Assembly: GCA_963755855.1 (NCBI GenBank)
Contig: CAVWLR010000009.1
Span: forward strand, 538,244-602,243
Source of the DNA: an uncultured Actinomycetes bacterium
Lineage (GTDB): Bacteria > Actinomycetota > Acidimicrobiia > IMCC26256 > DASPTH01
DNA: 64,000 nucleotides
Direction of reading: 5' to 3'
Notes under the pieces: model-generated
Told to the model about the DNA's origin: nothing
What the model saw: the letters and a program-made list of their open reading frames with translations, nothing else
Databases searched by the model: none
Shown: in pieces, positions 28,233 through 38,014 of the stretch
Layout: each line of letters opens with the position of its first letter
Position numbering within the stretch: position 1 is the stretch's first letter
Program-made: the position numbers and the translations under genes

Positions 28233-29880
28233 GTGCGTCCCCTCCCCCGCCTCGCCGGAGTGCTCGCCGCGCTCGTGATCACCGGCACACTCGCCGGCTC
28301 CCTGGGGGCCACCGCCGGTCCCGCGGGCGGCCGCCACCGGCGCGCCCGCCGGCCCGCTGACCTTCGACCAGGCCAAGGCCCAGGGCAAGACCGTCGACTG
28401 GGGTCCCAACTGCGACACCACCACGGGGAAGGTGAAGGTCCCGAGCGGCTACGCGCCCCCGTGCGTGGCGCCGTGGACCGGCGGCGACAATGGCGGCGCG
28501 ACCGCACCGGGCGTCACCGCCGACACGATCACCGTCGCCCTCTACCAGGCGCAGCCCGACCTCCTGCAGCAGGCGTTCTTCGAGAACAGCGGGAGCGACG
28601 AGAGCCTGGGCAAGGAGCGCGACACCGTCCAGGACTACGTCGACTACTTCTCCGCGCACTACGAGCTCTCCGGGCGCAAGGTCAAGGTCGTCACCGATCA
28701 AGGCGAGCGGCGCGCCCGACGACGCGGTCGCGGCGAAGGCCGACGCGATCAAGGTCGCCACCGAGCTGCACGCGTTCGCGTCGTTCGGCGGGCCGGGGCA
28801 GACCACCGCGTACGCCGACGAGCTGGCCGCCCGCAAGGTGCTCTGCGTGGGCGACTGCGTGATCGCGGAGCCGCAGTCGTTCCTCGTACGGCACGCGCCC
28901 TACGTGTGGCCGACGACCGCGTCGCCCGAACAGGCGAGCGAGCACTGGGCGGCGTTCGTCGGCAAGCAGCTCGCCGCGGGCAAGGCCACGTACGCGGGCG
29001 ACGACCTGAAGTCGCAGCGACGCGTGTTCGGCGTCGTGCACTACGACGACGACGCCGGGCACGTTCGCCAAGAGCGTGAAGCACTTCGAGCAGCTGCTCG
29101 TCGACCTACGGCGTGAAGCCCGCCACCACCGTGCCGTACTCCCTCGACCTCGCGACCGCGCAGCAGGACGCGCGCACGATCATCGCCAAGCTGAAGAGCG
29201 CAGGCGTGACCAGCGTGATCCTCGCCGGCGATCCGGTGTTCCCCACCTACCTCACCAAGGAGGCGACCGCGCAGGGCTGGTTCCCGGAGTGGATCGTGCT
29301 CGGCTACGCGTTCACCGACACCGCGGTGTTCGGCCGTCAGTACGACCAGCAGCAGTGGAAGCACGCGTTCGGCGTCTCGCTCCTCCCCGCGCGCACCACC
29401 GACGACGTCGACGAGCTGGGCAACCTCATCACGTGGCAGACCGGGCACCCGCCGCCGGCCAAGACGTTCCGCGAGCTGGTGCAGGCACCGCTCGTGTTCT
29501 TCACCGGCGTGCACCTCGCGGGTCCGAAGCTGACGGCCGCGACGTTCGCAGCCGGGCTCGACCGGTTCCCGCCCGCGGCGACGACCACTCCGACGCGCCT
29601 GCACCTGTCGTGGGGGAAGCACGACATCTGGAAGGGCGTCGACCTCACCGGCGGCGACGACGCCACGGTCATCTGGTGGGACCCCGACGCCAAGGGCGCC
29701 GACGAGGTCGGGCGCGACGGCACCGGGCTCTACCGCTACGCCGACGAGGGCAAGCGCTACCTGCCCGGGCAGTGGCCGAAGGCGCACATCACGCTGTTCG
29801 ACCCGAAGACGTCGAGCGCGGTGCTCGCCACCCTCCCGGCTGCGGACCAGCCGCCGAGCTACCCGTCGCCCGCGGGCTGA
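28233..29880 (+). pseudogene. ABC substrate-binding protein (large Peripla_BP_6-like), 4 frameshifts (about 28320, 28700, 29055, 29105)
   Basis: The signal peptide is in the frame of ORF 28233. The body is spread over the frames of ORFs 28432, 28490, 29076 and 29113. Confidence 0.6.
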
Positions 29881-30599
29881 GCCGGCGCCGGCTCGGGCGT
29901 GTGCTCGGGCGTGAGTTCGGCAGGTGATTCCGCGGTGACGCGCACCCAGCCCTCGCCGTCGACGAACCGACGGATCACCCGCGCCGGGTTGCCGACCGCC
30001 ACGCTGAAGTCGGGCAACACGCCGGTCACCACCGAGCCCGCGCCGACGGCGACGTTGCGCCCGATGTCGGCGCCCGGCAGCACCACGGTGCCGTGCCCGA
30101 GCCACGAGCCGCTGCCGATGCGGACCGCTCGGGTCGGCGCGAACTGCTTGCCGATCGGGAGCGAGCGGTCCTCGTAGCCGTGGTTGGCGTCGGTGATGTA
30201 CACGTGGTGCCCGGTGAACACGTCGTCGCCGATCTCGACCGACTGGTGGCCGACGATGCCGCTCCCCTTCCCGATGAGCACGCGGTCGCCGATGGTGACG
30301 ACGGGTGAGTGGTCGATCACCTGGCCGGGCATGACGCCGGCCGACAGCGAGGAGTAGGGACCGATGATGCAGCCCTCGCCGAGCTCGATGTACTCCTCGC
30401 CGTAGAGGGCGGCGACGGGGAAGCAGATCGCCGACCCGTCACCGAACCGGTGGAACGCGCGGGCGCGACGGCTGCGCGGTCCCATGGTGCCCAGGCGCTC
30501 GATGCGCTGCCATCCGGCGCGGATGGCGTCGCCGGCGACGACCTGCGCGGTCTCGAGCCAGCGTTCCAGGGACCGTGACTGGCCCGGGCCGTCAGCCAT
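29859..30599 (-). CDS. hexapeptide-repeat acetyltransferase (maltose/galactoside O-acetyltransferase-like)
   Basis: Left-handed beta-helix repeats. ATG with a GGAGG RBS. Confidence 0.8.
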   Translation of the reverse strand: MADGPGQSRSLERWLETAQVVAGDAIRAGWQRIERLGTMGPRSRRARAFHRFGDGSAICFPVAALYGEEYIELGEGCIIGPYSSLSAGVMPGQVIDHSPVVTIGDRVLIGKGSGIVGHQSVEIGDDVFTGHHVYITDANHGYEDRSLPIGKQFAPTRAVRIGSGSWLGHGTVVLPGADIGRNVAVGAGSVVTGVLPDFSVAVGNPARVIRRFVDGEGWVRVTAESPAELTPEHTPEPAPAQPAGDG

Positions 30600-30849
30600 C
30601 GAGCCCACCTCCTCCGGTTCGGGTGGCCTCCCGCGCCTGGCGGAGGAACACGATCGCCGCGAACAGCGCGCCGAGTGCCACCACGACCACGCAGAACACG
30701 AGGACCGGTGGCCAGCTCGGATCGTGCGCGTTCGGCCGGATCCGGACGAGCTCGGTGATCTGGGGCCCCGTCGTCGCCGTCGCGGTGCCCGTCGCCGCCG
30801 CCGTCGCCGTGCCGACCGCGAAGAAGCCAGCAGCCTGCGAGTGATGCAT
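30592..30849 (-). CDS. small membrane protein (85 aa)
   Basis: MHHSQAAGFFAVGTATAAATG...VLVFCVVVVALGALFAAIVFL. High GC3. The stop overlaps the acetyltransferase start. Confidence 0.4.
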   Translation of the reverse strand: MHHSQAAGFFAVGTATAAATGTATATTGPQITELVRIRPNAHDPSWPPVLVFCVVVVALGALFAAIVFLRQAREATRTGGGGLDG

Positions 30850-30887
30850 CGGCGTCACTGTACGATCCGAAGGAGACAACCGCGGAG

Positions 30888-33104
30888 GTGCGGGACATGC
30901 TCATCGTCGCACTCGTCGTGATCGCGTTGCTCGTGATCGTGGCCTGGAAGTCGTTCCACTCCGTCGGCGCCACCGAGGTCGGACTCCTGTCGAAGCGCTT
31001 CGCGCTGCGCAAGCTCGACGAGGACAACCCGGTCGCGTTCAACGGCGAAGCGGGATACCAGGCCAAGCTGCTGATGCCGGGACTGCGCTTCAAGCTCTGG
31101 CCGCTCTACGGCGTGAAGAAGTTCCCCTGGGTGCAGGTGCCCGCGGGCGAGATCGGCGTCGTCATCGCGCAGGTCGGCGACCCGCTGCCCATCGGCGCCA
31201 AGAGCGCGGTGTACAAGCCGGAGCTGGCGAACTTCTCCAACCTGCACACGTTCGTCGAGGCGCAGGGCCAGAAGGGCGTCCAGCGCCCGGTGCTCCCCCC
31301 GGGGACGCTGGTGCCCGTCCATCCCGTCGCGTTCCTCGTGCTCACCGCGCAGAACGTGTACGGCCAACCCGTCTCGCCCGAGCTCGCGGGCCAGTCGAAG
31401 GGCGGCCGGCTCACCCCCGAGTCGTTCGGGCTCTCGCCCGATCAGCTGCGCGTCGTGGTCATCGCGCCCGACGAAGGCGTCGACCTCGTCGGTGTGGTCA
31501 CCGCGCTCGAGGGCGAGCCGTTGCCCTCGGGTGACATCGCCAGCCGGCTGGGCGGCTTCGCCGACGTCTCCGCGATCGAGGCGTCCAACGCGGGCGGCAG
31601 CACCACCACCACCGACGCCGAGCTCATCGACCTGCTGCTCGGCAGCAAGAACACGCTGCACAACAACTACCAGGACTTCCAGGCGTTCCTCGACCACGGC
31701 GGCAAGATCGGACTGCAGCACGACCCGCTGCTCTACGGCGCCTACCTGTTGAACCCGTTCCTCGTGCGCGTCGACCTCGTGCCGATGCTGGTCGTGAACC
31801 AGGGCGAGGTCGCGGTCATCAAGGGCTTCGTGGGACTGCCGACTGCCGACACGTCGGGAGCCGAGTTCAAGTTCGGGTCGATCGTGCGCCCCGGTCACCG
31901 CGGCATCTGGCAGGAACCACTGCGCACCGGCAAGTACGCGATCAACCCGCGGGTGTACGCGGCGGAGATCGTGCCGACCTTCATCCTCACGCTCAACTGG
32001 GCCGACGCCACGTCGGAGGCCCACGACCTCGACGCGCAGCTGTCGTCGATCGTCGGCAAGAGCCGCGAGGGATTCATCTTCCAGATCGACCTGCAGGTGC
32101 AGATCCACGTGCCCGACACCAAGGCACCCAAGGTCATCTCGATGGTCGGCACGATGCGCAACCTCGTCAGCGAGGTGCTGCAGAGCGCGGTCGGCAACCA
32201 CTTCCGCAACACTCTCCAGGCGCTCGAGGCGGTCAAGTTCATCGAGACCCGGCGCGAGGTGCAGGCCGCCGCGTTCGAGGCGATCACGCGCTACCTCGGC
32301 CAGTACGAGGTGGAGACGAAGGGCGTCTACATCCAGGACGTCACGTTCCCGCCCGAGCTGGTCGCGGTGCTCACCCAGCGCGAGATCGCCAACCAGGAGA
32401 AGGCGACGTTCGAGGAGCAGCAGCGCGCCGAGACGTCGCGCATCGAGATGGAGAAGGCCAAGGGCACGGCCAACATGCAGTCGCAGCTGGCGTCGGCCCA
32501 GGTCGGCGTGCAGATCCAGTCGAGCCAGGCGCAGGCCCGGGAGGCCGAGGCCAGGGGCGAGGCGGCGTACGTGCAGCTCACCGGTGAGGCGGAGGCGGCG
32601 CGCCGTCAGGCCATCGGCCTCGCCGAGGCCAAGGCCACCGAGGCGCTCGGCCTGGCGCGCGCGACCGGCTTCGAGGCGCAGAAGGACGCCCTCGGCGGGC
32701 CGGCCACCGCGCTGGTGGCGGTCGCCAACGCCGTGGCCGACGGCCACATCACGGTCGTGCCCGAGGTGCTGGTCACCGGCGGGGGCGGCGGCGGTTCGAT
32801 CGAGGGCCTCGCGGCCACGCTGATGCGCACGTTCGCGTCGGGCCCGTCGACCAACGGCAACGGCACGAGCAACGGCCGGAGCGGCCCCACGGCGCCCGAC
32901 GTCACGGGCGCGCCGGCGGAAGTGGGAGCACCGGCGTTGTCGACGTCACCGGCGGCGGCGGACCCTCCGGCCGGCGGTGACGGTCGGTCGGATCCGAGCG
33001 ACCCGGCCGATCGGCTCACGGCACCCGCCGACGTCGAGGCCGCGGAGCTGGCCGAGGTGGAGAGCCGCCCCGACGGCACCGCCGGGGGCCTCGTCACGCC
33101 GTGA
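30888..33104 (+). CDS. SPFH/band-7 (flotillin-like) protein, 738 aa
   Basis: N-terminal TM helix, SPFH domain, long coiled-coil and an Ala/Gly/Pro-rich tail. Confidence 0.85.
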   Translation: MRDMLIVALVVIALLVIVAWKSFHSVGATEVGLLSKRFALRKLDEDNPVAFNGEAGYQAKLLMPGLRFKLWPLYGVKKFPWVQVPAGEIGVVIAQVGDPLPIGAKSAVYKPELANFSNLHTFVEAQGQKGVQRPVLPPGTLVPVHPVAFLVLTAQNVYGQPVSPELAGQSKGGRLTPESFGLSPDQLRVVVIAPDEGVDLVGVVTALEGEPLPSGDIASRLGGFADVSAIEASNAGGSTTTTDAELIDLLLGSKNTLHNNYQDFQAFLDHGGKIGLQHDPLLYGAYLLNPFLVRVDLVPMLVVNQGEVAVIKGFVGLPTADTSGAEFKFGSIVRPGHRGIWQEPLRTGKYAINPRVYAAEIVPTFILTLNWADATSEAHDLDAQLSSIVGKSREGFIFQIDLQVQIHVPDTKAPKVISMVGTMRNLVSEVLQSAVGNHFRNTLQALEAVKFIETRREVQAAAFEAITRYLGQYEVETKGVYIQDVTFPPELVAVLTQREIANQEKATFEEQQRAETSRIEMEKAKGTANMQSQLASAQVGVQIQSSQAQAREAEARGEAAYVQLTGEAEAARRQAIGLAEAKATEALGLARATGFEAQKDALGGPATALVAVANAVADGHITVVPEVLVTGGGGGGSIEGLAATLMRTFASGPSTNGNGTSNGRSGPTAPDVTGAPAEVGAPALSTSPAAADPPAGGDGRSDPSDPADRLTAPADVEAAELAEVESRPDGTAGGLVTP

Positions 33105-34128
33105 CGTAGTCGAGCAGCTCGCGACCGTGGTCGGACGCGAGCTCGATGTCGCTGGTGTCGAGGGTGACGCGGTCGAGGTACTGGTAGCGCAACACGTCGC
33201 AGTCGTGGTGACGGTTGGGGAAGATCCCGCCGAACGAGAAGCCCAGCTCGTGGAGCCCGTCGCCGTGGTGCTGCGTGCCCGGATCGGCGAGCGGGAGGTC
33301 GACGTACACGCAGTCGGCGCCGCGCTGCAGCGCGACGTCGCGGGCGGCGCCGATCTCGTCGAGCAGATCGCGACCGACGACGCGCGCGGTGACGATGCGG
33401 TCGCCGTGGTCGGCGCGGTCCTCGATGTGGAGATCGCTGCGCGCGACCGATGCCGACTCGTCGCCCGCGTCGTGCACGCGCCCGCGCAGTCCGGCCCGGT
33501 GCACGATCTGCTCCACCATGGCGCGGTCGCGGCGCGGCGCGTACACCGCGCGGGTGTGTCCGTCGTTGGTCTTCAGGTAGTAGAGGACGACCGACTGCCG
33601 GTGACGGCGCGCGTCGATCGCCGCGTACTCGACCGTCGCCGGGATGTAGCCGAGCAGCAGCCCGGTCTCGACCGCGCCGAGCGCGACGTTCGCCCGTTGG
33701 CTGTACGGGTGCGCGGCCGTGGCCTCGCTGTAGAGGCCGAAGAGCCCGCGCTCGGCCGCCTGCGCCGCGGCGCGCTGCTTGAGCAGCGTGAACAGGTGAC
33801 GACCGCGGTACTCGGGCGCGACGACGGCCTGCCCCGACTCGGCGACGTCGTCGTCGGTCCGCTCGCGGGCGAGGCCGACGTGTGCGACCACTTCGCCGTC
33901 GTCGGCGATGCCGACGGTCGACCACAGGGTGCCGCGGCGCAGGCGGTCGGCGACCTGCTCGGGGTCGTACACCCAGGCGGCGTCGTACGAGTCGCCGTAG
34001 CACCGGCGCACCAAGCGGGTGAATCCGCCGGCCGCGTCGGGGGTGAGGAAGCGCACCTCGACCCCGGTCTCGTCCCGCTGCTCGTCGTGCTGTCCGTCGT
34101 GGTGCCCGTGCGCGTCCATGAGTGTCAT
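33094..34128 (-). CDS. GNAT family acetyltransferase domain protein
   Basis: VVAPEYRGRHLFTLL acetyl-CoA motif. ATG at 34128. Confidence 0.55.
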   Translation of the reverse strand: MTLMDAHGHHDGQHDEQRDETGVEVRFLTPDAAGGFTRLVRRCYGDSYDAAWVYDPEQVADRLRRGTLWSTVGIADDGEVVAHVGLARERTDDDVAESGQAVVAPEYRGRHLFTLLKQRAAAQAAERGLFGLYSEATAAHPYSQRANVALGAVETGLLLGYIPATVEYAAIDARRHRQSVVLYYLKTNDGHTRAVYAPRRDRAMVEQIVHRAGLRGRVHDAGDESASVARSDLHIEDRADHGDRIVTARVVGRDLLDEIGAARDVALQRGADCVYVDLPLADPGTQHHGDGLHELGFSFGGIFPNRHHDCDVLRYQYLDRVTLDTSDIELASDHGRELLDYVTA

Positions 34129-34168
34129 ACCTCGGCGCGAAGGTGCGACACATGTACAGTTGCCCCTC

Positions 34169-34188
34169 GAATCACACGGCTGTGATTC
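34169..34188. promoter_or_regulatory. 8-4-8 palindrome GAATCACA-CGGC-TGTGATTC in a divergent promoter region
   Basis: Seen directly. Lies in a locally AT-richer stretch between the GNAT start (34128) and the small ORF at 34250. Confidence 0.4.
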
Positions 34189-34249
34189 ACGGCTCGATCG
34201 CAGCCAGGTCGGTGCCGGGGCGGGCACACCACGCAGGAGGCCACCCCAC

Positions 34250-34492
34250 ATGAGCTCACAACTGGTCCGACTCGACGCCCTCGTGTTCCGCGCCGACTCC
34301 GTGCGGTTCGAGGCGTGCGTCACCTTCCGGGCCGCCGCCTCCGCGGGCGACGGCGACGCCGAGCTCTGCGAGTGCGGTTGGCTCGAGGCCGACCACGCCG
34401 GCCCTCCCGTGAACGCCGTCGTCAGTCGGCGGCAGTTCCAGGCCCGTCGTCCCCGGCGTCGGCAGCCGGTGGCGGCCCGTCAGACGGCGTAG
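34250..34492 (+). CDS. small hypothetical protein (80 aa)
   Basis: AGGAGG RBS 9 nt upstream of the ATG. High GC3. Confidence 0.3.
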   Translation: MSSQLVRLDALVFRADSVRFEACVTFRAAASAGDGDAELCECGWLEADHAGPPVNAVVSRRQFQARRPRRRQPVAARQTA

Positions 34493-34545
34493 CCGAGTGT
34501 GACGGCGTAGCCGAGTGTGACGGCGTAGCCGAGTGTGACGGCGTC
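34487..34545. repeat. 18-bp tandem repeat GACGGCGTAGCCGAGTGT, 3 copies plus a degenerate fourth
   Basis: Seen directly. It fills the gap between two convergent small ORFs; the first copy contains the TAG stop. Confidence 0.7.
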
Positions 34546-34921
34546 AGCGACGGCGGCAGCGGGCGAACGCGGCCACGAGCCCCTCGGGGTCTTCGACCGA
34601 CACCCGCAGCACGCGCACACGCAGCGGCACGGGGCCCATCCGGGCCGGCACCGTCGGCTCGAACGTGAGCCTCACCACCCCCGTCGCCGAGCCGTTCACC
34701 AACCACCGGCCCCGCCAGCCGTGCACGCCCCAGCCCGTGACCCGGTCGTCGTCGAGCTCGGCGGTGTGCACCGCGGCACGCTCGGCATCGAGCGCGAACC
34801 AGACGCTCATGCGCACGCGGAGGTGCTGCACGTCGACGTCGACGGAGCAGTGTGACGGCGTCATGCCGACCACGCCCATCCACCGGGTGGCGTCGCTGAA
34901 CCGGACCGGGAAGCGGGCCAC
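34544..34921 (-). CDS. hypothetical protein (about 110-125 aa)
   Basis: The open frame reads like protein (VRLTFEPTVPARMGPVPLRVRVLRVSVEDPEGLVAAF). No recognisable family. Confidence 0.3.
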   Translation of the reverse strand: MARFPVRFSDATRWMGVVGMTPSHCSVDVDVQHLRVRMSVWFALDAERAAVHTAELDDDRVTGWGVHGWRGRWLVNGSATGVVRLTFEPTVPARMGPVPLRVRVLRVSVEDPEGLVAAFARCRRR

Positions 34922-34973
34922 GACCGGTGTGCAGTGCGGAGAGCGGTGTGGAGAGTGGCCGGTGGGTCGGTGA

Positions 34974-35909
34974 CTAGGCCGACTTGCGGGTGCGCTTGGC
35001 CGCGCCGGTCGCCTTCTTCGCCGGTGAGCGCTTCGCCGTCGACTTCTTCACCGGCGCCTTCTTGGCTGCAGCCTTCTTCGCCGCCGACTTCTTGGCCGCG
35101 GTCGCGCCGGCACTGCTCTGCGTGGCGCCCGTCTGCTTGGCGCCGGTGCGGGCCAGGCTCGCCTCGAGCGCGGCCATCAGGTCGAGGACCTTCGCCGGCT
35201 CCTCGGGTGCGGCGGGCGCCACGATGTCCTCACCGGCAGCCTTGCGCTCGATGAGCGACAGCACCTCTTCGCGGTACTCGTCGTGGTACTTCTCGGGATC
35301 GAAGCTCCCGGCCAGCGTGTCGACGAGCTGCTTCGCCATCTCGAGCTCGCGCTCGGTCGGCTCGGGCTGGGAGTCGACGAGCTCGCGGTCGACCGCGAGC
35401 ACCTCGTCGGCGTAGCGCATCGTCTCGAGGCAGAGCATCCCGTCGATGGGACGGATGGCGACCAGCGCCTCCTTCGAGCGCAGCACGAACCGCCCGACCG
35501 CCACCTTGCCTTCGTCCTCCATGACGCGCGACAGCAGGCGGTACGCCTTGGCCGCGTCCTTGTCGGGCACGAGGTAGTAGGGCGTCTCGAAGTAGACGGG
35601 ATCGATCTCGGACAGGTCGACGAAGTCCTCGATCTCGATCATGCGGTTGGCGGTGGGCTTCAGCGCCGCCAGCTCGTCGTTGTCGAGCACGACGTAGTGA
35701 CCGTTCTCGAGCTCGTAGCCCTTCACGATCTGGTCGTTCGCGACCTCCTCACCGGTCTGCTCCGACACCCTGCGGTAGCGGATGCGGCTGCCGGTGGCGG
35801 CCTCGAGCTGGTTGAAGCGCACGTCCTGCGACCGGGTGGCCGACACCAGGCGCACCGGTACCGTCACCAGCCCGAAGCTGATCGAACCCGTCCAGATGGC
35901 TTGCGGCAC
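34974..35909 (-). CDS. ku: Ku protein (non-homologous end joining)
   Basis: VPQAIWTGSISFGLVTVPVRL Ku N-terminus and a Lys/Ala-rich C-terminal tail. GTG at 35909. Confidence 0.9.
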   Translation of the reverse strand: MPQAIWTGSISFGLVTVPVRLVSATRSQDVRFNQLEAATGSRIRYRRVSEQTGEEVANDQIVKGYELENGHYVVLDNDELAALKPTANRMIEIEDFVDLSEIDPVYFETPYYLVPDKDAAKAYRLLSRVMEDEGKVAVGRFVLRSKEALVAIRPIDGMLCLETMRYADEVLAVDRELVDSQPEPTERELEMAKQLVDTLAGSFDPEKYHDEYREEVLSLIERKAAGEDIVAPAAPEEPAKVLDLMAALEASLARTGAKQTGATQSSAGATAAKKSAAKKAAAKKAPVKKSTAKRSPAKKATGAAKRTRKSA

Positions 35910-35964
35910 GCTGGTCTCCCCGTTCTCGACCCCAGGGCAATGGGGCCTACTACCTTCGCAGGTC

Positions 35965-36897
35965 GTGGCCCCTTCTTCCAAGAAGCGCCCGGGCGCCGCG
36001 CCCGCGACCGCAGTGGAAGTCGACGGCCGGCGCCTGCGCCTGAGCAACCTCGACAAGGTGCTCTACCCCGCGACCGGGTTCACCAAAGGCCAGGTGATCG
36101 ACTACTACGCCCGGATCGGGCCGGTGATGCTCCCCCACCTGGACGACCGCCCGGTCACGATGGTGCGCCTGCCCGACGGCGTGGCCGGCGAGCGGTTCTT
36201 CGAGAAGCGCTGCCCGGGGCACCGGCCGGAGTGGCTCGAGACCGTGCCCCTCGACGCCGACTCGGAGATCGCGGCGTGCTCGCTCGACAGCGTCCCCGCC
36301 CTGGTGTGGACGGCCAACCTGGCAGCACTCGAGCTGCACACTCCCCAGGCCCGGGCCGCCGAGCCGTGGCTGCCGTCGGCGATCGTGTTCGACCTCGATC
36401 CCGGCCCCGACACCGACCTCGGCGACTGCGCGCGCGTCGCGCTCGAGCTGCACGACCTGCTGGACCAGCTCGGGATGCGTGCGGTCGCCAAGACGTCGGG
36501 GTCGAAGGGACTGCACCTGTCGGTCGGGATCCGGCCGGCGGTCGACGCCGAGACCACCAAGGCGTTCGCACTCGCGCTCGGGAAGGTGCTCGAGTCGCGC
36601 GACCCGAAACGGGTCACGGTGACGATGGCCAAGGAGCAGCGCGGCGGGCGGGTGTTCGTCGACTGGAGCCAGAACGACCGGCACAAGACCACGGTGTGCG
36701 CGTACTCGCTGCGCGCCACCGACGTGCCCGGCGTGTCGACGCCGGTGACGTGGGAGGAGGTCGACCACCTCGCCGACGGCGGCGACGCGCGCGAGTTCGC
36801 GTTCACGCCCGCCGACGTGCTCGAGCGCGTCGCCGAGCTCGGCGACCTCTACGCCGACAGCCTGGGCGGCGACCAGGAGCTCCCCGAGCTGGGATGA
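35965..36897 (+). CDS. LigD polymerase/primase domain protein (stand-alone PolDom)
   Basis: RLRLSNLDKVLYPATGFTKGQVIDYYARIGPVMLPHL...KTSGSKGLHLSV...VFVDWSQN. Confidence 0.85.
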   Translation: MAPSSKKRPGAAPATAVEVDGRRLRLSNLDKVLYPATGFTKGQVIDYYARIGPVMLPHLDDRPVTMVRLPDGVAGERFFEKRCPGHRPEWLETVPLDADSEIAACSLDSVPALVWTANLAALELHTPQARAAEPWLPSAIVFDLDPGPDTDLGDCARVALELHDLLDQLGMRAVAKTSGSKGLHLSVGIRPAVDAETTKAFALALGKVLESRDPKRVTVTMAKEQRGGRVFVDWSQNDRHKTTVCAYSLRATDVPGVSTPVTWEEVDHLADGGDAREFAFTPADVLERVAELGDLYADSLGGDQELPELG

Positions 36898-37035
36898 CGG
36901 CCTCGGCGGAGCGCCACGACCCGAACGGGTGATCATGACTGGCCGCCCGGAATGGTCGGAGACGACCCGGAACGCGGTTATCCTCACGCCGGTCTCACCG
37001 CCGCACCCCACGCGGCGGACCGGAAGGAGCACGTC

Positions 37036-37989
37036 GTGAGCACTCGTCGTCGTAGCCGGCTGGCCTGCGTCACCGCAGTCTGCGGTCTCGCCCTGGGCAC
37101 CTGGGCCCTCGCCGCACCGGCCGGTGCCGACACCGCACCGGTCGACTACGTCTTCACCGGCGCTGCGCAGCAGTACACGGTGCCCGCCGACGGCAGCGTG
37201 TGCGCCGTCTCCCTCGACCTCGCCGGCGCCAACGGCGGCCAAGCGGGTGCGGCGGGCACGCCGGGCACCGGTGGTTCGGCGGTGGGCACGGTGATCGTCA
37301 CCGCGGGCGACGTCCTGCAGATCTCGGTGGGCGGTGCCGGCACCGCGACCTCGGGCAGCGACACGGTGGGCGGCGCCGGTGGCTTCGGCGGCGGCGGACG
37401 CGGCGGTGACGCACCGGGTGTGGCCGGCGCCGGCGGTGGTGGCGCCACGACCGTCAGCGTGAACGGCACCGTGCTGCTGGTGGCAGCGGGTGGTGGCGGC
37501 GGCGGCGGCCAGGTCGGAGCCGGTGGCAACGGCGCGAGCAACGTCGGCGCGGGCGGCAACGGGCAGACGAACGTCGGCAACGGTGGTGCCGGCGGCACCA
37601 CCTCGACCGGCGGCGTCGGGGGCGCGGCCAACGGTGCCGGGACCTCGGCGGGCGCCGACGGGTCCTCCCTCACCGGCGGACCTGGAGGCCCGACGACCAA
37701 CGCGTTCGCCGGTGGTGGCGGTGGCGGTGGCGGCGGCTGGTTCGGTGGCGGCGGGGGCGGCGGTGCGCCGAGCCCGTCGAGCGGCGGTGGCGGCGGTGGC
37801 GGCTCGACCTTCGCCGACCCGCAGGTCAGCGGGGTGTCGGCGGGCACGGTGACCCAGGACGGCGCCGGCAATGGTGCCGCGCGCCTCACCGGGCTCACGG
37901 GCTCGGGTTCGTGCCTCCCCCTGACACCGCTCGTGCCGACGACTCCGGTCCCGGCGCCGCTCGTCGTGGTGCCTCACTTCACCGGCTGA
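37036..37989 (+). CDS. glycine-rich secreted protein
   Basis: Signal peptide ending ALAAPAGA. GGAAGGAG RBS. Long GGxGG low-complexity region. Confidence 0.7.
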   Translation: MSTRRRSRLACVTAVCGLALGTWALAAPAGADTAPVDYVFTGAAQQYTVPADGSVCAVSLDLAGANGGQAGAAGTPGTGGSAVGTVIVTAGDVLQISVGGAGTATSGSDTVGGAGGFGGGGRGGDAPGVAGAGGGGATTVSVNGTVLLVAAGGGGGGGQVGAGGNGASNVGAGGNGQTNVGNGGAGGTTSTGGVGGAANGAGTSAGADGSSLTGGPGGPTTNAFAGGGGGGGGGWFGGGGGGGAPSPSSGGGGGGGSTFADPQVSGVSAGTVTQDGAGNGAARLTGLTGSGSCLPLTPLVPTTPVPAPLVVVPHFTG

Positions 37990-38014
37990 CACCGGTCTCG
38001 TCGCGAGCCGTAGG

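Noticed and set aside
24547-29880. Programmed ribosomal frameshifting or intein/intron explanation for the split ABC genes
   Set aside because: There are too many breaks, in both +1 and -1 directions, with no slippery heptamers and no extra inserted sequence. The pattern fits indels only.
36952-37989. Glycine-rich protein as a PE_PGRS-type mycobacterial antigen
   Set aside because: No PE domain. It has an ordinary Sec signal peptide instead.
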